Shown here piece by piece: positions 36,324 through 47,550 of a DNA stretch of 64,000 nt. The notes beneath the pieces were generated by a model, which was given only the letters and a program-made list of their open reading frames with translations, had not been told where the DNA came from and made no database searches. This stretch comes from Bacilli bacterium (GTDB taxonomy: Bacteria; Bacillota_I; Bacilli_A; RF39; UBA660), in NCBI GenBank assembly GCA_017418945.1, contig JAFOMI010000040.1, forward strand, positions 32-64,031, in the 5' to 3' direction. The position numbers and the translations under genes are program-made. Each line of letters starts with the position of its first letter. Position 1 is the first letter of the stretch.

Positions 36324-36953
36324 TCACTTATATAGTAAAGTGATTCTTTTTCCTGTTACTTTAATAAAACCTTCTTCTTTTAATATTTTTAATTCTCTTG
36401 TCATTGCACTTCTATCAATTCCTAAATAATCAGCCATTTCTGTAAATGTAAATGGTAAATAAATATTTCTTGAATTACTATTAATAAATCTTTTTTCAAA
36501 AAAAGCAAGTAACTTATTTCTGATTCCTTTTCTTGTTAAAATATCAATTCTTTCATTAATATCTTTATTTTTTAAATTCATAATAACAAGTAAGTTTTTT
36601 ATTAAAGTACTATAGTATTTATTTTTTCCTCTATAATTTATTAAATCAATATAATTCATTATTATTATATCTGTTTCTTCATTTGTTACTAAACTATAAT
36701 CATCTTTATTTATATTATAAACTATATCACTTATAATATTATTTTCGTCAATTATATCTAGAATAAAATCATTTCCATTTTCACTATTTCTAATTAAATT
36801 AATACTTCCATTTATTACTAAAGATATACTATTTCTTTCTAAAACTATATTAGTAATATCTTCGTTTTTATTAAAATGATGAGTGTCTGATCTAAAGGAA
36901 TGTAGTAATTTATACTTATTTTTACTATCGATATTATTGAAAAAAGTTACCAT
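36324..36953 (-). CDS. Crp/Fnr-family transcriptional regulator
   Basis: N-terminal cNMP-binding-like beta-roll region. C-terminal HTH (TFTEMADYLGIDRSAMTRELKILKEEGFI). Confidence 0.75.
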   Translation of the reverse strand: MVTFFNNIDSKNKYKLLHSFRSDTHHFNKNEDITNIVLERNSISLVINGSINLIRNSENGNDFILDIIDENNIISDIVYNINKDDYSLVTNEETDIIIMNYIDLINYRGKNKYYSTLIKNLLVIMNLKNKDINERIDILTRKGIRNKLLAFFEKRFINSNSRNIYLPFTFTEMADYLGIDRSAMTRELKILKEEGFIKVTGKRITLLYK

Positions 36954-37066
36954 GTTTACACCTCTTGTAAAAATTTTATCATTTTATCTAAAATGTTGCA
37001 ACTGCAACAATATATATTTTATAAAAGATGCTATACTTAAGTCATAAAGTAGGAGGAAGTAGACAC

Positions 37067-39256
37067 ATGAAAGTAATTAAAAGAGATGGACATATTGTTG
37101 ATTATAGTCCAGATAAAATTGAAAATGCTATATTAAAAGCTAATGCTGAAGTTGCTGAAGAGGATAGAGTAACTGATACGCAAATTAGAAATATTATTAA
37201 ATATATTGAGGGTTTGAAAAAGAAAAGAATGCTTGTTGAAGATATTCAAGATGCTATTGAAATGAGATTAATGGCTTTAGGTAAATATACTTTAGCTAAA
37301 TCATATATTACTTATAGATATACAAGAGAACTTGTAAGAAGAAGTAATACAACAGATTTATCAATTAAAGAATTAATTAATGGAGAAAGTGAATATTGGA
37401 ATACAGAAAATTCTAATAAGAATGCAACTGTTGTTACTACTCAAAGAGATTATTTAGCAGGTATTACAAGTACTGATATAACAAGAAGATTCTTATTACC
37501 AGAAGATATTGTAAAAGCTCATGATGAAGGTATAATTCATTTCCATGATGCAGATTATTTTGCACAAAATGCACTTCATAATTGTGAACTTATTAACTTA
37601 GATGATATGCTTCAAAATGGAACTATCATTAATGAAGTAATGATTGAAAAACCTCATAGATTTTTAACTGCTGCAACTATTGCTACTCAAATCATACTTG
37701 CTGTATCATCATCTAGTTATGGTGGTGCTACTATATCTTTAACTCATCTAGCTCCTTTTGTTAGATCTAGTTATGAAAAATATTTAGAAAAATATAAAAA
37801 AGCTAAATTAAGCAAAGAAATGTGTGAAAAGCTTGCTAAAGAAGATACTAAAAAAGAAGTAGAAGCAGGTGTTCAAACATTTAATTACCAAGTTAATTCA
37901 ATGACTAATACTAATGGTCAAGCTCCATTCTTATCAGTTGCTATGTACTTAGGTGAAACTGATGAATATAAAGAAGAACTTGCTATGATTATAGAAGAAT
38001 TTTTAAATCAAAGAATTATGGGATTTAAAAATGAAAAAGGCGTTTATATAACTCCTGCATTTCCAAAACTTTTATATGTTCTTGAAGAAGATAATATGAA
38101 TCCAAATGGTAAATATTATTACTTAACTAAGTTAGCAGCTAAATGTACTGCTAAACGTATGGTTCCAGATTATATATCTGAAAAAGTAATGAAAGAATAT
38201 AAGAAAAATGAAAAGGGAGATGGAGATTGTTATCCATGTATGGGATGTAGAAGTTTCTTAACTCCTGATAGAACAATGAGTCTTGGAAATATTGCTAAAG
38301 CTAAAAATTATGTAGAAGGTAAAGGAAAATATTATGGTAGATTTAATCAAGGTGTTGTTACTATTAATTTACCAGATATAGCATTAACTTCTGGAAAAGA
38401 TATGGATATATTTTGGAAGGTATTTGATGAAAGACTTGAACTTTGCCATAGAGCACTTCAAATTAGACATAAAAGATTATCTAAGGTAACAAGTGATGTT
38501 GCACCAATATTATGGCAACATGGAGCTTTAGCAAGACTTGAAAAGGGTGAAAGTATACATGAATTACTTCATCATGGTTATTCAACTATATCTCTTGGTT
38601 ATGCAGGTCTTTATGAATGTGTTAAATATATGACTGGTCATTCTCATACTGATAATGGTAAAGGTAAAGAATTTGGTATTGCAGTAATGCAAAAATTAAA
38701 TGATGCTTGTGCTAAATGGAAAGAACAAGAAGATATTGATTATTCAGTTTATGGTACTCCAATTGAAAGTACTACATATAAATTTGCTAAATGTTTAAGA
38801 GATAGATTTGGTAAAATAAAAGGAATAACAGATAGAGATTATATTACTAACTCATATCATGTTCCTGTATTTGAAGAAATAGATGCATTTACTAAATTAA
38901 GTTTAGAAAGTGAGTTTCAAAAATTATCTCCAGGAGGAGCAATTTCATATGTTGAAACTCCAAATCTTGAAAATAATTTAGATACAGTAATGGAAGTTAT
39001 TAAGTTTATTTATAATAATGTTATGTATGCTGAATTAAATACTAAATCTGATTATTGCCAAGAATGTGGATATACTGGAGAAATATTAATTGATGATAAT
39101 ATGGAATGGTATTGTCCAAATTGTGGAAATAGAAATCATGATACTTTGAATGTAGCTAGAAGAACATGTGGTTATATAGGAACTAATTTCTGGAATAAAG
39201 GTAGAACTCAAGAAATAAAAGAAAGAGTTATCCATATAGATAATAAAGATGCTTAA
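37067..39256 (+). CDS. nrdD: Anaerobic ribonucleoside-triphosphate reductase NrdD
   Basis: N-terminal ATP-cone (MKVIKRDGHIVDYSPDKIENAI). C-terminal Zn-ribbon CQECG/CPNCG and glycyl-radical motif RTCGYIG. Start at the RBS-supported MKVIKRDG. Confidence 0.93.
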   Translation: MKVIKRDGHIVDYSPDKIENAILKANAEVAEEDRVTDTQIRNIIKYIEGLKKKRMLVEDIQDAIEMRLMALGKYTLAKSYITYRYTRELVRRSNTTDLSIKELINGESEYWNTENSNKNATVVTTQRDYLAGITSTDITRRFLLPEDIVKAHDEGIIHFHDADYFAQNALHNCELINLDDMLQNGTIINEVMIEKPHRFLTAATIATQIILAVSSSSYGGATISLTHLAPFVRSSYEKYLEKYKKAKLSKEMCEKLAKEDTKKEVEAGVQTFNYQVNSMTNTNGQAPFLSVAMYLGETDEYKEELAMIIEEFLNQRIMGFKNEKGVYITPAFPKLLYVLEEDNMNPNGKYYYLTKLAAKCTAKRMVPDYISEKVMKEYKKNEKGDGDCYPCMGCRSFLTPDRTMSLGNIAKAKNYVEGKGKYYGRFNQGVVTINLPDIALTSGKDMDIFWKVFDERLELCHRALQIRHKRLSKVTSDVAPILWQHGALARLEKGESIHELLHHGYSTISLGYAGLYECVKYMTGHSHTDNGKGKEFGIAVMQKLNDACAKWKEQEDIDYSVYGTPIESTTYKFAKCLRDRFGKIKGITDRDYITNSYHVPVFEEIDAFTKLSLESEFQKLSPGGAISYVETPNLENNLDTVMEVIKFIYNNVMYAELNTKSDYCQECGYTGEILIDDNMEWYCPNCGNRNHDTLNVARRTCGYIGTNFWNKGRTQEIKERVIHIDNKDA

Positions 39257-39258
39257 TA

Positions 39259-39759
39259 ATGAGATATAATAAAATTAGAAAAATGGATATCTCTAATGGA
39301 CCTGGTATTAGAGTATCAATATTTTTTCAAGGATGTAGTTTTCATTGTGATGGCTGCTTTAATGAAGATACATGGGATTTTTGTAAAGGATTAGAGTTTA
39401 CAGATGAAACTATAGAAAAAGTACTTGATTTATGTAAGGAAGATTATATTGTAGGTTTATCTATGCTTGGTGGTGAACCAATGCATCCAAAGAATATATC
39501 TGGTTCTACTAAACTAGCTAAAATGTTTAAAGAAAGATATCCTAAAAAATCATTATGGTCTTGGACAGGTTTTACTTATGAAACTATAAAAGATTATGAA
39601 ATATTTAATTATTTAGATGTTTTAGTAGATGGTCAATTTAAAAAAGATTTATTTGATCCAAGATTAAAATATAAGGGTTCATCTAATCAAAGAGTAATAG
39701 ATATAAAAAAGAGTCAAAAAAAGGGAGAAATTATCCTATATAAAGATGAAGAATACTAA
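39259..39759 (+). CDS. nrdG: Anaerobic ribonucleotide reductase activating protein NrdG (radical SAM)
   Basis: CSFHCDGC radical-SAM cluster motif. Immediately follows nrdD. Confidence 0.9.
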   Translation: MRYNKIRKMDISNGPGIRVSIFFQGCSFHCDGCFNEDTWDFCKGLEFTDETIEKVLDLCKEDYIVGLSMLGGEPMHPKNISGSTKLAKMFKERYPKKSLWSWTGFTYETIKDYEIFNYLDVLVDGQFKKDLFDPRLKYKGSSNQRVIDIKKSQKKGEIILYKDEEY

Positions 39760-39866
39760 AGATAAGTTTTTACTTATCTTTTTTTTGTTTACTAAGAGTT
39801 ATTTTATCGCCTTTTACTAGGTGTAAATTGATTTTTATTTTAAGTAAAATTAAAGAAGTGGTGGTG

Positions 39867-40145
39867 ATGTATTTGACTACAGTTGAAGATTATATTGTTC
39901 AAGAAGTATTTTGCATTAATATAAAATGGTATAGATTTAATAAAGGTCTTTCACAAGAACAACTTGCAGAATTATCAAATACAACACCAAAGTATATTAG
40001 TGATTTAGAAAGAGGTAAGTTTTGTCCTAGTTTTACTAAATTACAAGAAATTGCGAAAGCTCTTGATATAGAAGCATATGAACTTCTTAAACCAGATCAT
40101 ATAAAAGATAAAATTAGATTTAAAAGAATAGATGGTAAGAGATAA
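39867..40145 (+). CDS. XRE-family HTH transcriptional regulator
   Basis: LSQEQLAELSNTTPKYISDLERGK helix-turn-helix. Start at the RBS-supported MYLTT. Confidence 0.7.
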   Translation: MYLTTVEDYIVQEVFCINIKWYRFNKGLSQEQLAELSNTTPKYISDLERGKFCPSFTKLQEIAKALDIEAYELLKPDHIKDKIRFKRIDGKR

Positions 40146-40205
40146 GTTTTTATTGAAAAAGACTTATCTTTTTGTTATAATTTTTATAGTAAAGGAGAAC
40201 TCATT

Positions 40206-40454
40206 ATGAATGAAGAAAATAATAATTTAATTATAGAAATGACAGATGATAAAGGTGAAAAAGTTAAAGTAGAAATAGTAAATCACTTTGAAGATAATGG
40301 AAAAGTATATGTAATCGCAAATGATTTAAGTAATGATACAGATTCTTATTTATTAGAATATAAAGTTAGTGAAAATGGTGAAGAATTAGTTAGTATTGAT
40401 GATGAAGAAGAATTTGAAAGATTATGTAAATTAGTTGAAGAAATGGAAGAATAA
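40206..40454 (+). CDS. DUF1292-family small acidic protein
   Basis: 82 aa acidic protein with a GKVYVIA...YLLEY pattern typical of DUF1292. Confidence 0.6.
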   Translation: MNEENNNLIIEMTDDKGEKVKVEIVNHFEDNGKVYVIANDLSNDTDSYLLEYKVSENGEELVSIDDEEEFERLCKLVEEMEE

Positions 40455-40521
40455 TTACTCTTTAAGAGTAATTTTTTTTATTTACTTAAAATAATTAATT
40501 TGATATACTTTTATTATAGGA

Positions 40522-41868
40522 ATGATCTTTATGAAAAATAAAATAGTATATTTTATGATTTTTTTATTATGTATTATTATAGTTTTACTTTTATTTTTAG
40601 AAGATTATAATACTGCGCCAACTATTACAAAAGTATATTATAAAAATGAATATAATAGTGATAAAACAAGAGATGTTTTTATTAAGATTAAAAGACATAA
40701 TAAAAATAATATATATTGTAAATTTATAGATGAAAAGAATAATGAAAGTGATTATTTATTAGCGTCAAATAATAGATGTACTTATAGTATTAAAACTGGT
40801 AAATATAAAATTATTATTAAATATAATGGTAATAAAAAAGTTAGTTATGAAAAGAAATTTGATATAGATGATATATTATCTATTAAGATAACTAATCATA
40901 AAAAGTATTTAGCTCTTGGTGATAGTATAAATTTAAATGTTAAATTAGATTATGTTGGTAATGTTGATACTAATGTTAAATATGAATCTAGTAATAATGA
41001 TATATTAAGTGTTGATGAAAACGGTAATGTTAGAGCTAATAATGTAGGAAGTGCAGTTATTAAAGTAAAATCATCAAATAATTTAAGTGATGAAGTAGAA
41101 ATAATAAGTACTAATTTAATTAGACCTAAAACTTTAGATAATAATAAGCAAATAGTTTCATGTAATTCTTATAGTCAAGAAGATATAGCTATTTTAGATG
41201 ATATATTAGATAGTAGAGTAAAAGAAGCAGGTGTAGGAACTAGAGCAGCAGTTGCGGTAGCATCTAGATTTTTAACTTTAGAGTTTCCATATAAAGTACC
41301 ATATTTTTATGAAAATGGAAGACTTACTTTAAATGGTGTTACTGGAGAAGGAAGATATTATAAAAAAGGATTATATCTTGGAAAAGAAAAAGAAAATGAG
41401 ATGACTAAAGTAGTTGCAGGTCCATCATCTTGGGGATGTCCACTTCTTAATTATGAAGATGATGGATATAGAATTCCAAGACATTATTATCCTAATGGAT
41501 TAGATTGTAGTGGATATGTTACTTGGGTTTTAGTACAAGCAGGATTTGATTTAGGTGATATAGGTGCAGGTATTAATCCTTACGATTATGATTATACTGA
41601 TGTTGGTGAACTTAGATATAATTCTTATGATTTACTTCATTCTGGTTCTGTTAAAGTAGGAGATTTAATAGGATGGGATGGACATATTGCGATAATAGGA
41701 GCGATGAGTGATACTAAGATATATGTTACTGAAAGTTTACTTCCAGGAGTTATAATGGATGAGTATGATTATTCTAGTCCATATAGTAAATTTTATAGTA
41801 GATATGATTATATAATAGATATGTCTAATGTTTATAAAGAAGATGGAAATTTAGAAAACATGTTTTAG
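40522..41868 (+). CDS. Cell-wall hydrolase: signal/TM, Big_2-like domain, C-terminal NlpC/P60 peptidase
   Basis: N-terminal hydrophobic segment. Ig-like region (ITNHKKYLALGDSINLNV...SVDENGNVRANNVGSAVIKV). C-terminal DCSGYVTWVL (catalytic Cys) and GDLIGWDGHIAIIG (His). Confidence 0.75.
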   Translation: MIFMKNKIVYFMIFLLCIIIVLLLFLEDYNTAPTITKVYYKNEYNSDKTRDVFIKIKRHNKNNIYCKFIDEKNNESDYLLASNNRCTYSIKTGKYKIIIKYNGNKKVSYEKKFDIDDILSIKITNHKKYLALGDSINLNVKLDYVGNVDTNVKYESSNNDILSVDENGNVRANNVGSAVIKVKSSNNLSDEVEIISTNLIRPKTLDNNKQIVSCNSYSQEDIAILDDILDSRVKEAGVGTRAAVAVASRFLTLEFPYKVPYFYENGRLTLNGVTGEGRYYKKGLYLGKEKENEMTKVVAGPSSWGCPLLNYEDDGYRIPRHYYPNGLDCSGYVTWVLVQAGFDLGDIGAGINPYDYDYTDVGELRYNSYDLLHSGSVKVGDLIGWDGHIAIIGAMSDTKIYVTESLLPGVIMDEYDYSSPYSKFYSRYDYIIDMSNVYKEDGNLENMF

Positions 41869-41953
41869 CTCTGTAAAAAGAAAGTCATTTTATGAAAAAT
41901 GCATTGTAAAATGTACTTTTTTTTTCTATAATAAATGTAGAGGGTGATATTAG

Positions 41954-42409
41954 ATGAATGAATATAAATTAACAACTAGATGTGAAGAAGATACAATCTC
42001 AATTGCAGAAAATTTAGAAGCAGAAAAGTTTCCTGGAATGGTAATTTGCCTTAATGGAGAATTAGGTTCTGGAAAAACTGTTTTTACTAAAGGTTTTGCT
42101 GCAGCACTTGGAATTAGTGAAACTATAACAAGTCCTACTTTTAATATAATTAAAGAATATTTAAATGGAGAAATGCCTCTATATCATATGGATATATATA
42201 GATTAGAAGATAATCCTGAATCAACAGGTTTACTTGATTATTTCGATAAAGATGGTGTAGTTATTATTGAATGGGCTAACATGATTGAAGATTATTTACC
42301 TGAAGAAAGATTAGATGTATATTTTAAAGTTATTGAAGAAGATAAGAGAATAATTAAATTTATACCACATGGTCAAAAATATGAAGAATTATGCGAGGAC
42401 GCTTTATGA
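41954..42409 (+). CDS. tsaE: tRNA threonylcarbamoyladenosine biosynthesis ATPase TsaE
   Basis: Walker A GELGSGKT. About 150 aa. Confidence 0.88.
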   Translation: MNEYKLTTRCEEDTISIAENLEAEKFPGMVICLNGELGSGKTVFTKGFAAALGISETITSPTFNIIKEYLNGEMPLYHMDIYRLEDNPESTGLLDYFDKDGVVIIEWANMIEDYLPEERLDVYFKVIEEDKRIIKFIPHGQKYEELCEDAL

Positions 42410-43020
42410 TCTCGCTTTTTTTAGATACTAGTTCAAAAAAACTTGTTGTAATACTAGTTAAAGATAAAGAAATAATTGGAAAAAAAGAATTAGAATCTAT
42501 TAATGACCATTCTTCATATTTAGTACCATTTATTAAAGAATTACTTGATTTAAATAATATTAAAACTAATGATATTAATAAGATATTTGTAGTTAATGGA
42601 CCAGGTTCGTTTACTGGTACTAGAATTGGTGTTACTGTTGGTAAAGTACTTGCGTTTTCAAATAATATACCTGTAATACCAGTTTCATCTTTAAAACAAT
42701 ATATATTTTCTTTAGAAAATTATGATTATTATGTTTCTATAATTAAAGATAAAAACAATAGAATGTATTATGGAATATATGATAAAGATTATAATGATAT
42801 AGTAGTAGATAAGTATCAAACTAAAGATGTATTTTTAAAAGATATAAATGATTTAAAAAATGTAGTATTTATATCAGAAGAAGAAATAGATGGAATAGAT
42901 ACTATAAAACCTATACTTAATATTAATAAATTAATTGATTATTATAAAGATAAAGAAATAAATGCGCATTATTTAAAACCTAATTATTTAAAGAAAATAG
43001 ATGCGGAAGATAAATTATGA
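42406..43020 (+). CDS. tsaB: tRNA t6A biosynthesis protein TsaB (YeaZ)
   Basis: Inactive Kae1/YgjD paralog fold (VVNGPGSFTGTRIGVT). ATGA overlap with the tsaE stop. Confidence 0.85.
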   Translation: MISLFLDTSSKKLVVILVKDKEIIGKKELESINDHSSYLVPFIKELLDLNNIKTNDINKIFVVNGPGSFTGTRIGVTVGKVLAFSNNIPVIPVSSLKQYIFSLENYDYYVSIIKDKNNRMYYGIYDKDYNDIVVDKYQTKDVFLKDINDLKNVVFISEEEIDGIDTIKPILNINKLIDYYKDKEINAHYLKPNYLKKIDAEDKL

Positions 43021-43409
43021 TAGAAGAAATAAAAGATATTAGTAAGATAAAAGAATTATTTGATAAATATAAAGAAAAGTATAATCCTATCATAAATGAT
43101 TATACTTTTATTCTTGCTTTTAAAGAAAATGATAAATATGTAGGTTTTTTAATATATCAATTATTATATGAAAATGCTGAAATAATAGATATTTTTGTAT
43201 TAGATGAATATAGAAATAAAGGAATAGGAAAAAGTTTAATATTAAAAATGCTTGAGAATAAGAGTATTTTAAATGTTACTTTAGAAGTAAAAGTTGATAA
43301 TGAAAATGCAATTATGTTATATAATAGTATTGGTTTTAAAAAAGTGGCTATTAGAAAAGGTTACTATAATGGAATAGATGGAATATTAATGCTTAAGGAA
43401 GTGAAATAA
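43017..43409 (+). CDS. rimI: Ribosomal-protein-alanine N-acetyltransferase RimI (GNAT)
   Basis: GNAT motif YRNKGIGKSL. Operon position between tsaB and tsaD. Confidence 0.8.
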   Translation: MIEEIKDISKIKELFDKYKEKYNPIINDYTFILAFKENDKYVGFLIYQLLYENAEIIDIFVLDEYRNKGIGKSLILKMLENKSILNVTLEVKVDNENAIMLYNSIGFKKVAIRKGYYNGIDGILMLKEVK

Positions 43410-44410
43410 TGAAAGATGTTTATATACTTGGAATAGAATCATCATGTGATGAGACTAGTATTTCTATTGTAAAAAATGGTAAAGAGGAAATAGTAACAAC
43501 TACTTTATCTCAAATAGATATACATAAAAAATTTGGTGGTGTTGTACCTGAAATAGCATCAAGATCTCATGCTGAATGTATAACTATTGTTATTGAAGAT
43601 TGTTTTAAAAAAGCTAATATGACTATGGATCAAATAGATGCTATTGCGGTTACATATGGTCCTGGTCTTGCTGGTTCATTACTTGTTGGAGTAGAAGCTG
43701 CTAAAACTTTAGCTTTAGCATATAATAAACCATTAATAGGTGTTAATCATATGGCAGGTCATATATATGCAAATAACTTAGTTGATACTATGGATTTTCC
43801 ACTTATTTGTTTAGTTATATCAGGTGGTCATACAGAAATAATTTATATGGATGAAGATTTATCATTTAAAAGAATAGGTTCAACTATAGATGATTCTGTA
43901 GGAGAAGCATTTGATAAAGTAGCAAGAGTAATAGATGTACCATATCCAGGAGGACCTGTTATTGATAAATTAAGTAAGATAGGAAAAGATAGTTATGAAC
44001 TTCCTTTACCAATGGATGATAATAGTTATAATTTTAGTTTTAGTGGAATTAAATCTGCTGTTATTAATTTAGTTCATAACGAAAAACAAAGAGGTAATGA
44101 AATAAGAAAAGAAGATTTAGCTACTTCTTTTGAAAATATAGTTGTTAAAACTTTAACTAAAAAAACTATGAAAGCAATTGATGAATATAAAGTAAAAGAA
44201 TTATTAGTTGCAGGTGGAGTATCTGCTAATTCTGGAATAAGAGATGAATTTAAGAGATTATGCGATAAAAAAGGAATTAAGTTAGTTGTTCCTAATATAA
44301 ATTATTGTACTGATAATGGTGCAATGATAGCAGCAGCAGGATATTATTATTATAAAAAGGGATTGTTTAGTGATTACTCATTAAAAATAAATCCTTCATT
44401 AGATTTATAA
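43409..44410 (+). CDS. tsaD: tRNA N6-adenosine threonylcarbamoyltransferase TsaD
   Basis: LGIESSCDETS and VNHMAGHI His motif. 333 aa. Confidence 0.93.
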   Translation: MKDVYILGIESSCDETSISIVKNGKEEIVTTTLSQIDIHKKFGGVVPEIASRSHAECITIVIEDCFKKANMTMDQIDAIAVTYGPGLAGSLLVGVEAAKTLALAYNKPLIGVNHMAGHIYANNLVDTMDFPLICLVISGGHTEIIYMDEDLSFKRIGSTIDDSVGEAFDKVARVIDVPYPGGPVIDKLSKIGKDSYELPLPMDDNSYNFSFSGIKSAVINLVHNEKQRGNEIRKEDLATSFENIVVKTLTKKTMKAIDEYKVKELLVAGGVSANSGIRDEFKRLCDKKGIKLVVPNINYCTDNGAMIAAAGYYYYKKGLFSDYSLKINPSLDL

Positions 44411-44421
44411 GGAGGAAATAT

Positions 44422-45126
44422 ATGATAGAAATAAAAAATGTTACAAAAAAATATGGCGATAAAAAAGCATTAGATAATGTTTCTTTTACAGTAAATGATG
44501 GAGATATATTTGCTTTTATTGGACATAATGGTGCAGGTAAAACTACATTGATTAAATCAATAGTAGGAATACATGATTTTGATGAAGGAGAAATATTAAT
44601 TAATAATATATCAATTAAAGATAATCCTGTTGAATGTAAAAAATTAATGGCATTTGTTCCAGATAATCCAGAAACATATGAACATATGAAGGCAATAGAT
44701 TATATTAATTTTATTTGTGATATGTATGATGTTCCAAAAGATGTTAGAAGAAATAATATAGAAAAGTATTCTAAGATATTTGGAATGGAAAACAAATTAA
44801 ATGATACTATTGATAGTTTTTCTCATGGTATGAAACAAAAGGTAGTTTTAATATCAGCTTTAGCTCATGATCCTAAAATTCTTGTTATGGATGAACCTTT
44901 TGTTGGTTTAGACCCAAAGGCAGTATTTGAAATAAAAGAAATATTAAACGAAATGGTAAAGGAAGGTAAAATAGTATTTTATTCAACACATATATTAGAT
45001 GTTGCAGAAAAATTATGTTCTAGAGTAGCAATTATTAAAAATGGTAAATTAGTAAAGAGTGGAAGCATGAAAGAAATTAAAGGCGATAAATCATTAGAAA
45101 ATGTATTTATGGAACTTGAGGGATAA
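44422..45126 (+). CDS. ABC transporter ATP-binding protein
   Basis: Walker A GHNGAGKTT, signature SHGMKQK, Walker B ILVMDEP. Confidence 0.88.
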   Translation: MIEIKNVTKKYGDKKALDNVSFTVNDGDIFAFIGHNGAGKTTLIKSIVGIHDFDEGEILINNISIKDNPVECKKLMAFVPDNPETYEHMKAIDYINFICDMYDVPKDVRRNNIEKYSKIFGMENKLNDTIDSFSHGMKQKVVLISALAHDPKILVMDEPFVGLDPKAVFEIKEILNEMVKEGKIVFYSTHILDVAEKLCSRVAIIKNGKLVKSGSMKEIKGDKSLENVFMELEG

Positions 45127-45127
45127 A

Positions 45128-46753
45128 ATGAAAAAAATATTCTCATTATTAAAAGCATGCATGACTAGTGACATGAATCTTTTTAAAGTTAAATCTAAAA
45201 AGAAAAGTAAACAATCAAATAATTTATTAGTAGCTTTTTTATTAATGCTTGTATTCATGTTCTCTATATTTTCAAATGTAAATAATTTATTTCAAAAAGT
45301 AGCAGAATATCATTTACAATCTTTATTACTAGTATTATTTTCATTTATGACATCTTTAATGGTTATAATTGAAGGAGTTTATAAAACAGGTCCTTTAATA
45401 TTTAATTGTAGAGATGATCAATTACTTTTATCATTACCAATAGATAGAAAATTAGTATTATTTGTTAGAATATTTAAATTTTATGTATTTGAATTAATAT
45501 TTAATTCATTATTCATGATTCCAATAATGGGTGCGTATATTTTATGGGCAGATAATATTAATTCTACATTCTATTTAACAAGTATAATTATGTTATTTAT
45601 TATGCCAATAATACCAATTATTATATCTTGTATTATTGGTTTAATCACATCATTTTTATCTAGTAAATTTAAATTTAAAAATTTGACTCAAATATTATTA
45701 TCTATGATATTTTTACTTGGAATATTATTTTTCACTATGAACTTAGAATCAATATTTGAATACTTTAAAAATAATTCTAATTCAATAAGTGATATTATTA
45801 AAAAGATATATTATCCTTCGGCAGTATATTTAGATTTGATTAATGAATTTAATTTATTTGAATTAATTAAATTCATATTAGTTAATATATTTATATATGT
45901 AATTGGAATATTAATATTAAATAAATATTATTTCAAAATTAATAGTGGTTTAAAAAGAGTAGTAAATAATAAGAAAGTAAATGTAAAAGATATAAAAATT
46001 AAGCAAAACAGTAAAAATAATTCTTTAATAAAAAAAGAATTAAATATATTTTTTAAGACACCAGTATTTATAGTAAATGCAGGATTTAGTTTGGTACTAT
46101 TTATTATAATGTCAATTATGCTTTGTATTAAATTTGATGGTTTTATGAATACTTTAGGTTCAATGGAAGGCTTTATCTTTTTAAAAGATTTATTAGAAAA
46201 TAATGTACCATTAATTATATTATTACTTGTAATTATGACATCATTTATGACTTCTATTACTAGTTCTTTAATTAGTTTAGAAGGTAAAAATATTACTTTA
46301 TTAAAATCGTTACCATTAAAAACTAAAGATATACTTTTATCTAAAATATATGCGTGTTTAGTTTTAACAACACCAGTATTATTTATTGGAGATATAATTA
46401 TGTTTATTAGATTTAAAATAGGTATTATTCCAAGTATATTTATTTTATTATTATCTGTTTTATTACCACTTGCATCACATTTAATTGGTATTATTATTAA
46501 TTTAAAATATCCTAAATTAGATTTTGAAAATAGTGCGGAAGTAGTTAAACAAAGTATGAGTTCATTTATATCTGTTATGCTTGGTATGCTTTTGTTAATA
46601 ATAAATTATGTATTAGTATTTATTACTATTGATATTTTTAATTATAATATAATTTTATTTTTAATTATTATTTTCTATTTATTATTAGATTATATTTTAT
46701 ATTTAATATTAATAAAAAAAGGTGTTAAAAGATTTAATGATTTAACAATATAA
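45128..46753 (+). CDS. ABC-2-type membrane permease-like protein (about 12 TM)
   Basis: Highly hydrophobic 541-aa protein directly downstream of the ATPase. Start at the RBS-supported MKKIFSLL. Confidence 0.65.
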   Translation: MKKIFSLLKACMTSDMNLFKVKSKKKSKQSNNLLVAFLLMLVFMFSIFSNVNNLFQKVAEYHLQSLLLVLFSFMTSLMVIIEGVYKTGPLIFNCRDDQLLLSLPIDRKLVLFVRIFKFYVFELIFNSLFMIPIMGAYILWADNINSTFYLTSIIMLFIMPIIPIIISCIIGLITSFLSSKFKFKNLTQILLSMIFLLGILFFTMNLESIFEYFKNNSNSISDIIKKIYYPSAVYLDLINEFNLFELIKFILVNIFIYVIGILILNKYYFKINSGLKRVVNNKKVNVKDIKIKQNSKNNSLIKKELNIFFKTPVFIVNAGFSLVLFIIMSIMLCIKFDGFMNTLGSMEGFIFLKDLLENNVPLIILLLVIMTSFMTSITSSLISLEGKNITLLKSLPLKTKDILLSKIYACLVLTTPVLFIGDIIMFIRFKIGIIPSIFILLLSVLLPLASHLIGIIINLKYPKLDFENSAEVVKQSMSSFISVMLGMLLLIINYVLVFITIDIFNYNIILFLIIIFYLLLDYILYLILIKKGVKRFNDLTI

Positions 46754-46761
46754 AAAGGTAT

Positions 46762-47550
46762 TTAATACCTTTTTATTTTTTTTATTATTAAATTAATTAT
46801 TAAGTATAAAATAATAGTTAATAAAACTAATAATATAATACCTGTTAAAACTAAATTCATATTAAATATTTGAGAACCATAATTTATTAAATATCCGATA
46901 CCTTCTTTAGATACTAAAAACTCTCCCATAATGACACCAACGAAACACATACTTATATTAACTTTAAATGAATCAAGTATATAATTTAAATTACTTGGCA
47001 CAACTACTCTAAAAAATATATCATATTTATTACCACCCATAGTTTTAATAATTTTAATTATATTTTTATCTGTATTCTTAAAAAATGTATTCATATTTAG
47101 TATACTTACTATACTAGATATTAGTAATGACATTATTATAATAGAATTGGTATTAGCACCAACTAATATTATTATAAGTGGTCCAAAAGCTACTTTAGGC
47201 AAACTATTTATAATTGTTAAATATGGATCTAAAATTAATGATAGTTTTTTATTAAACCAAAGAATTGATGATATTATAAAACCAATAATATTTCCTAAAA
47301 CAAAACTAATAATTATTTCATCTAGTGTTTTAAATATATGACTAAATAGATTATTACTTTTATATAGTTTAATTATTGTTTTTAATATGTTTGATGGAGA
47401 AGATAGTAAAAATGTATCTATTATTTTAAATCTTGATAGTAATTCCCATATTATTATAAATAGAAATAGAATTAGTATTTGAAAAAATAGTATTAGTATT
47501 TTTTCTTTTTTTCTTTTCTTTAAGTATTTTTTTCTTTCATTACTAATCAT
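46762..47550 (-). CDS. ABC transporter permease (NitT/TauT/SsuC family)
   Basis: Binding-protein-dependent permease fold. Operon with the ATPase and NMT1-like binding protein. Confidence 0.8.
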   Translation of the reverse strand: MISNERKKYLKKRKKEKILILFFQILILFLFIIIWELLSRFKIIDTFLLSSPSNILKTIIKLYKSNNLFSHIFKTLDEIIISFVLGNIIGFIISSILWFNKKLSLILDPYLTIINSLPKVAFGPLIIILVGANTNSIIIMSLLISSIVSILNMNTFFKNTDKNIIKIIKTMGGNKYDIFFRVVVPSNLNYILDSFKVNISMCFVGVIMGEFLVSKEGIGYLINYGSQIFNMNLVLTGIILLVLLTIILYLIINLIIKKIKRY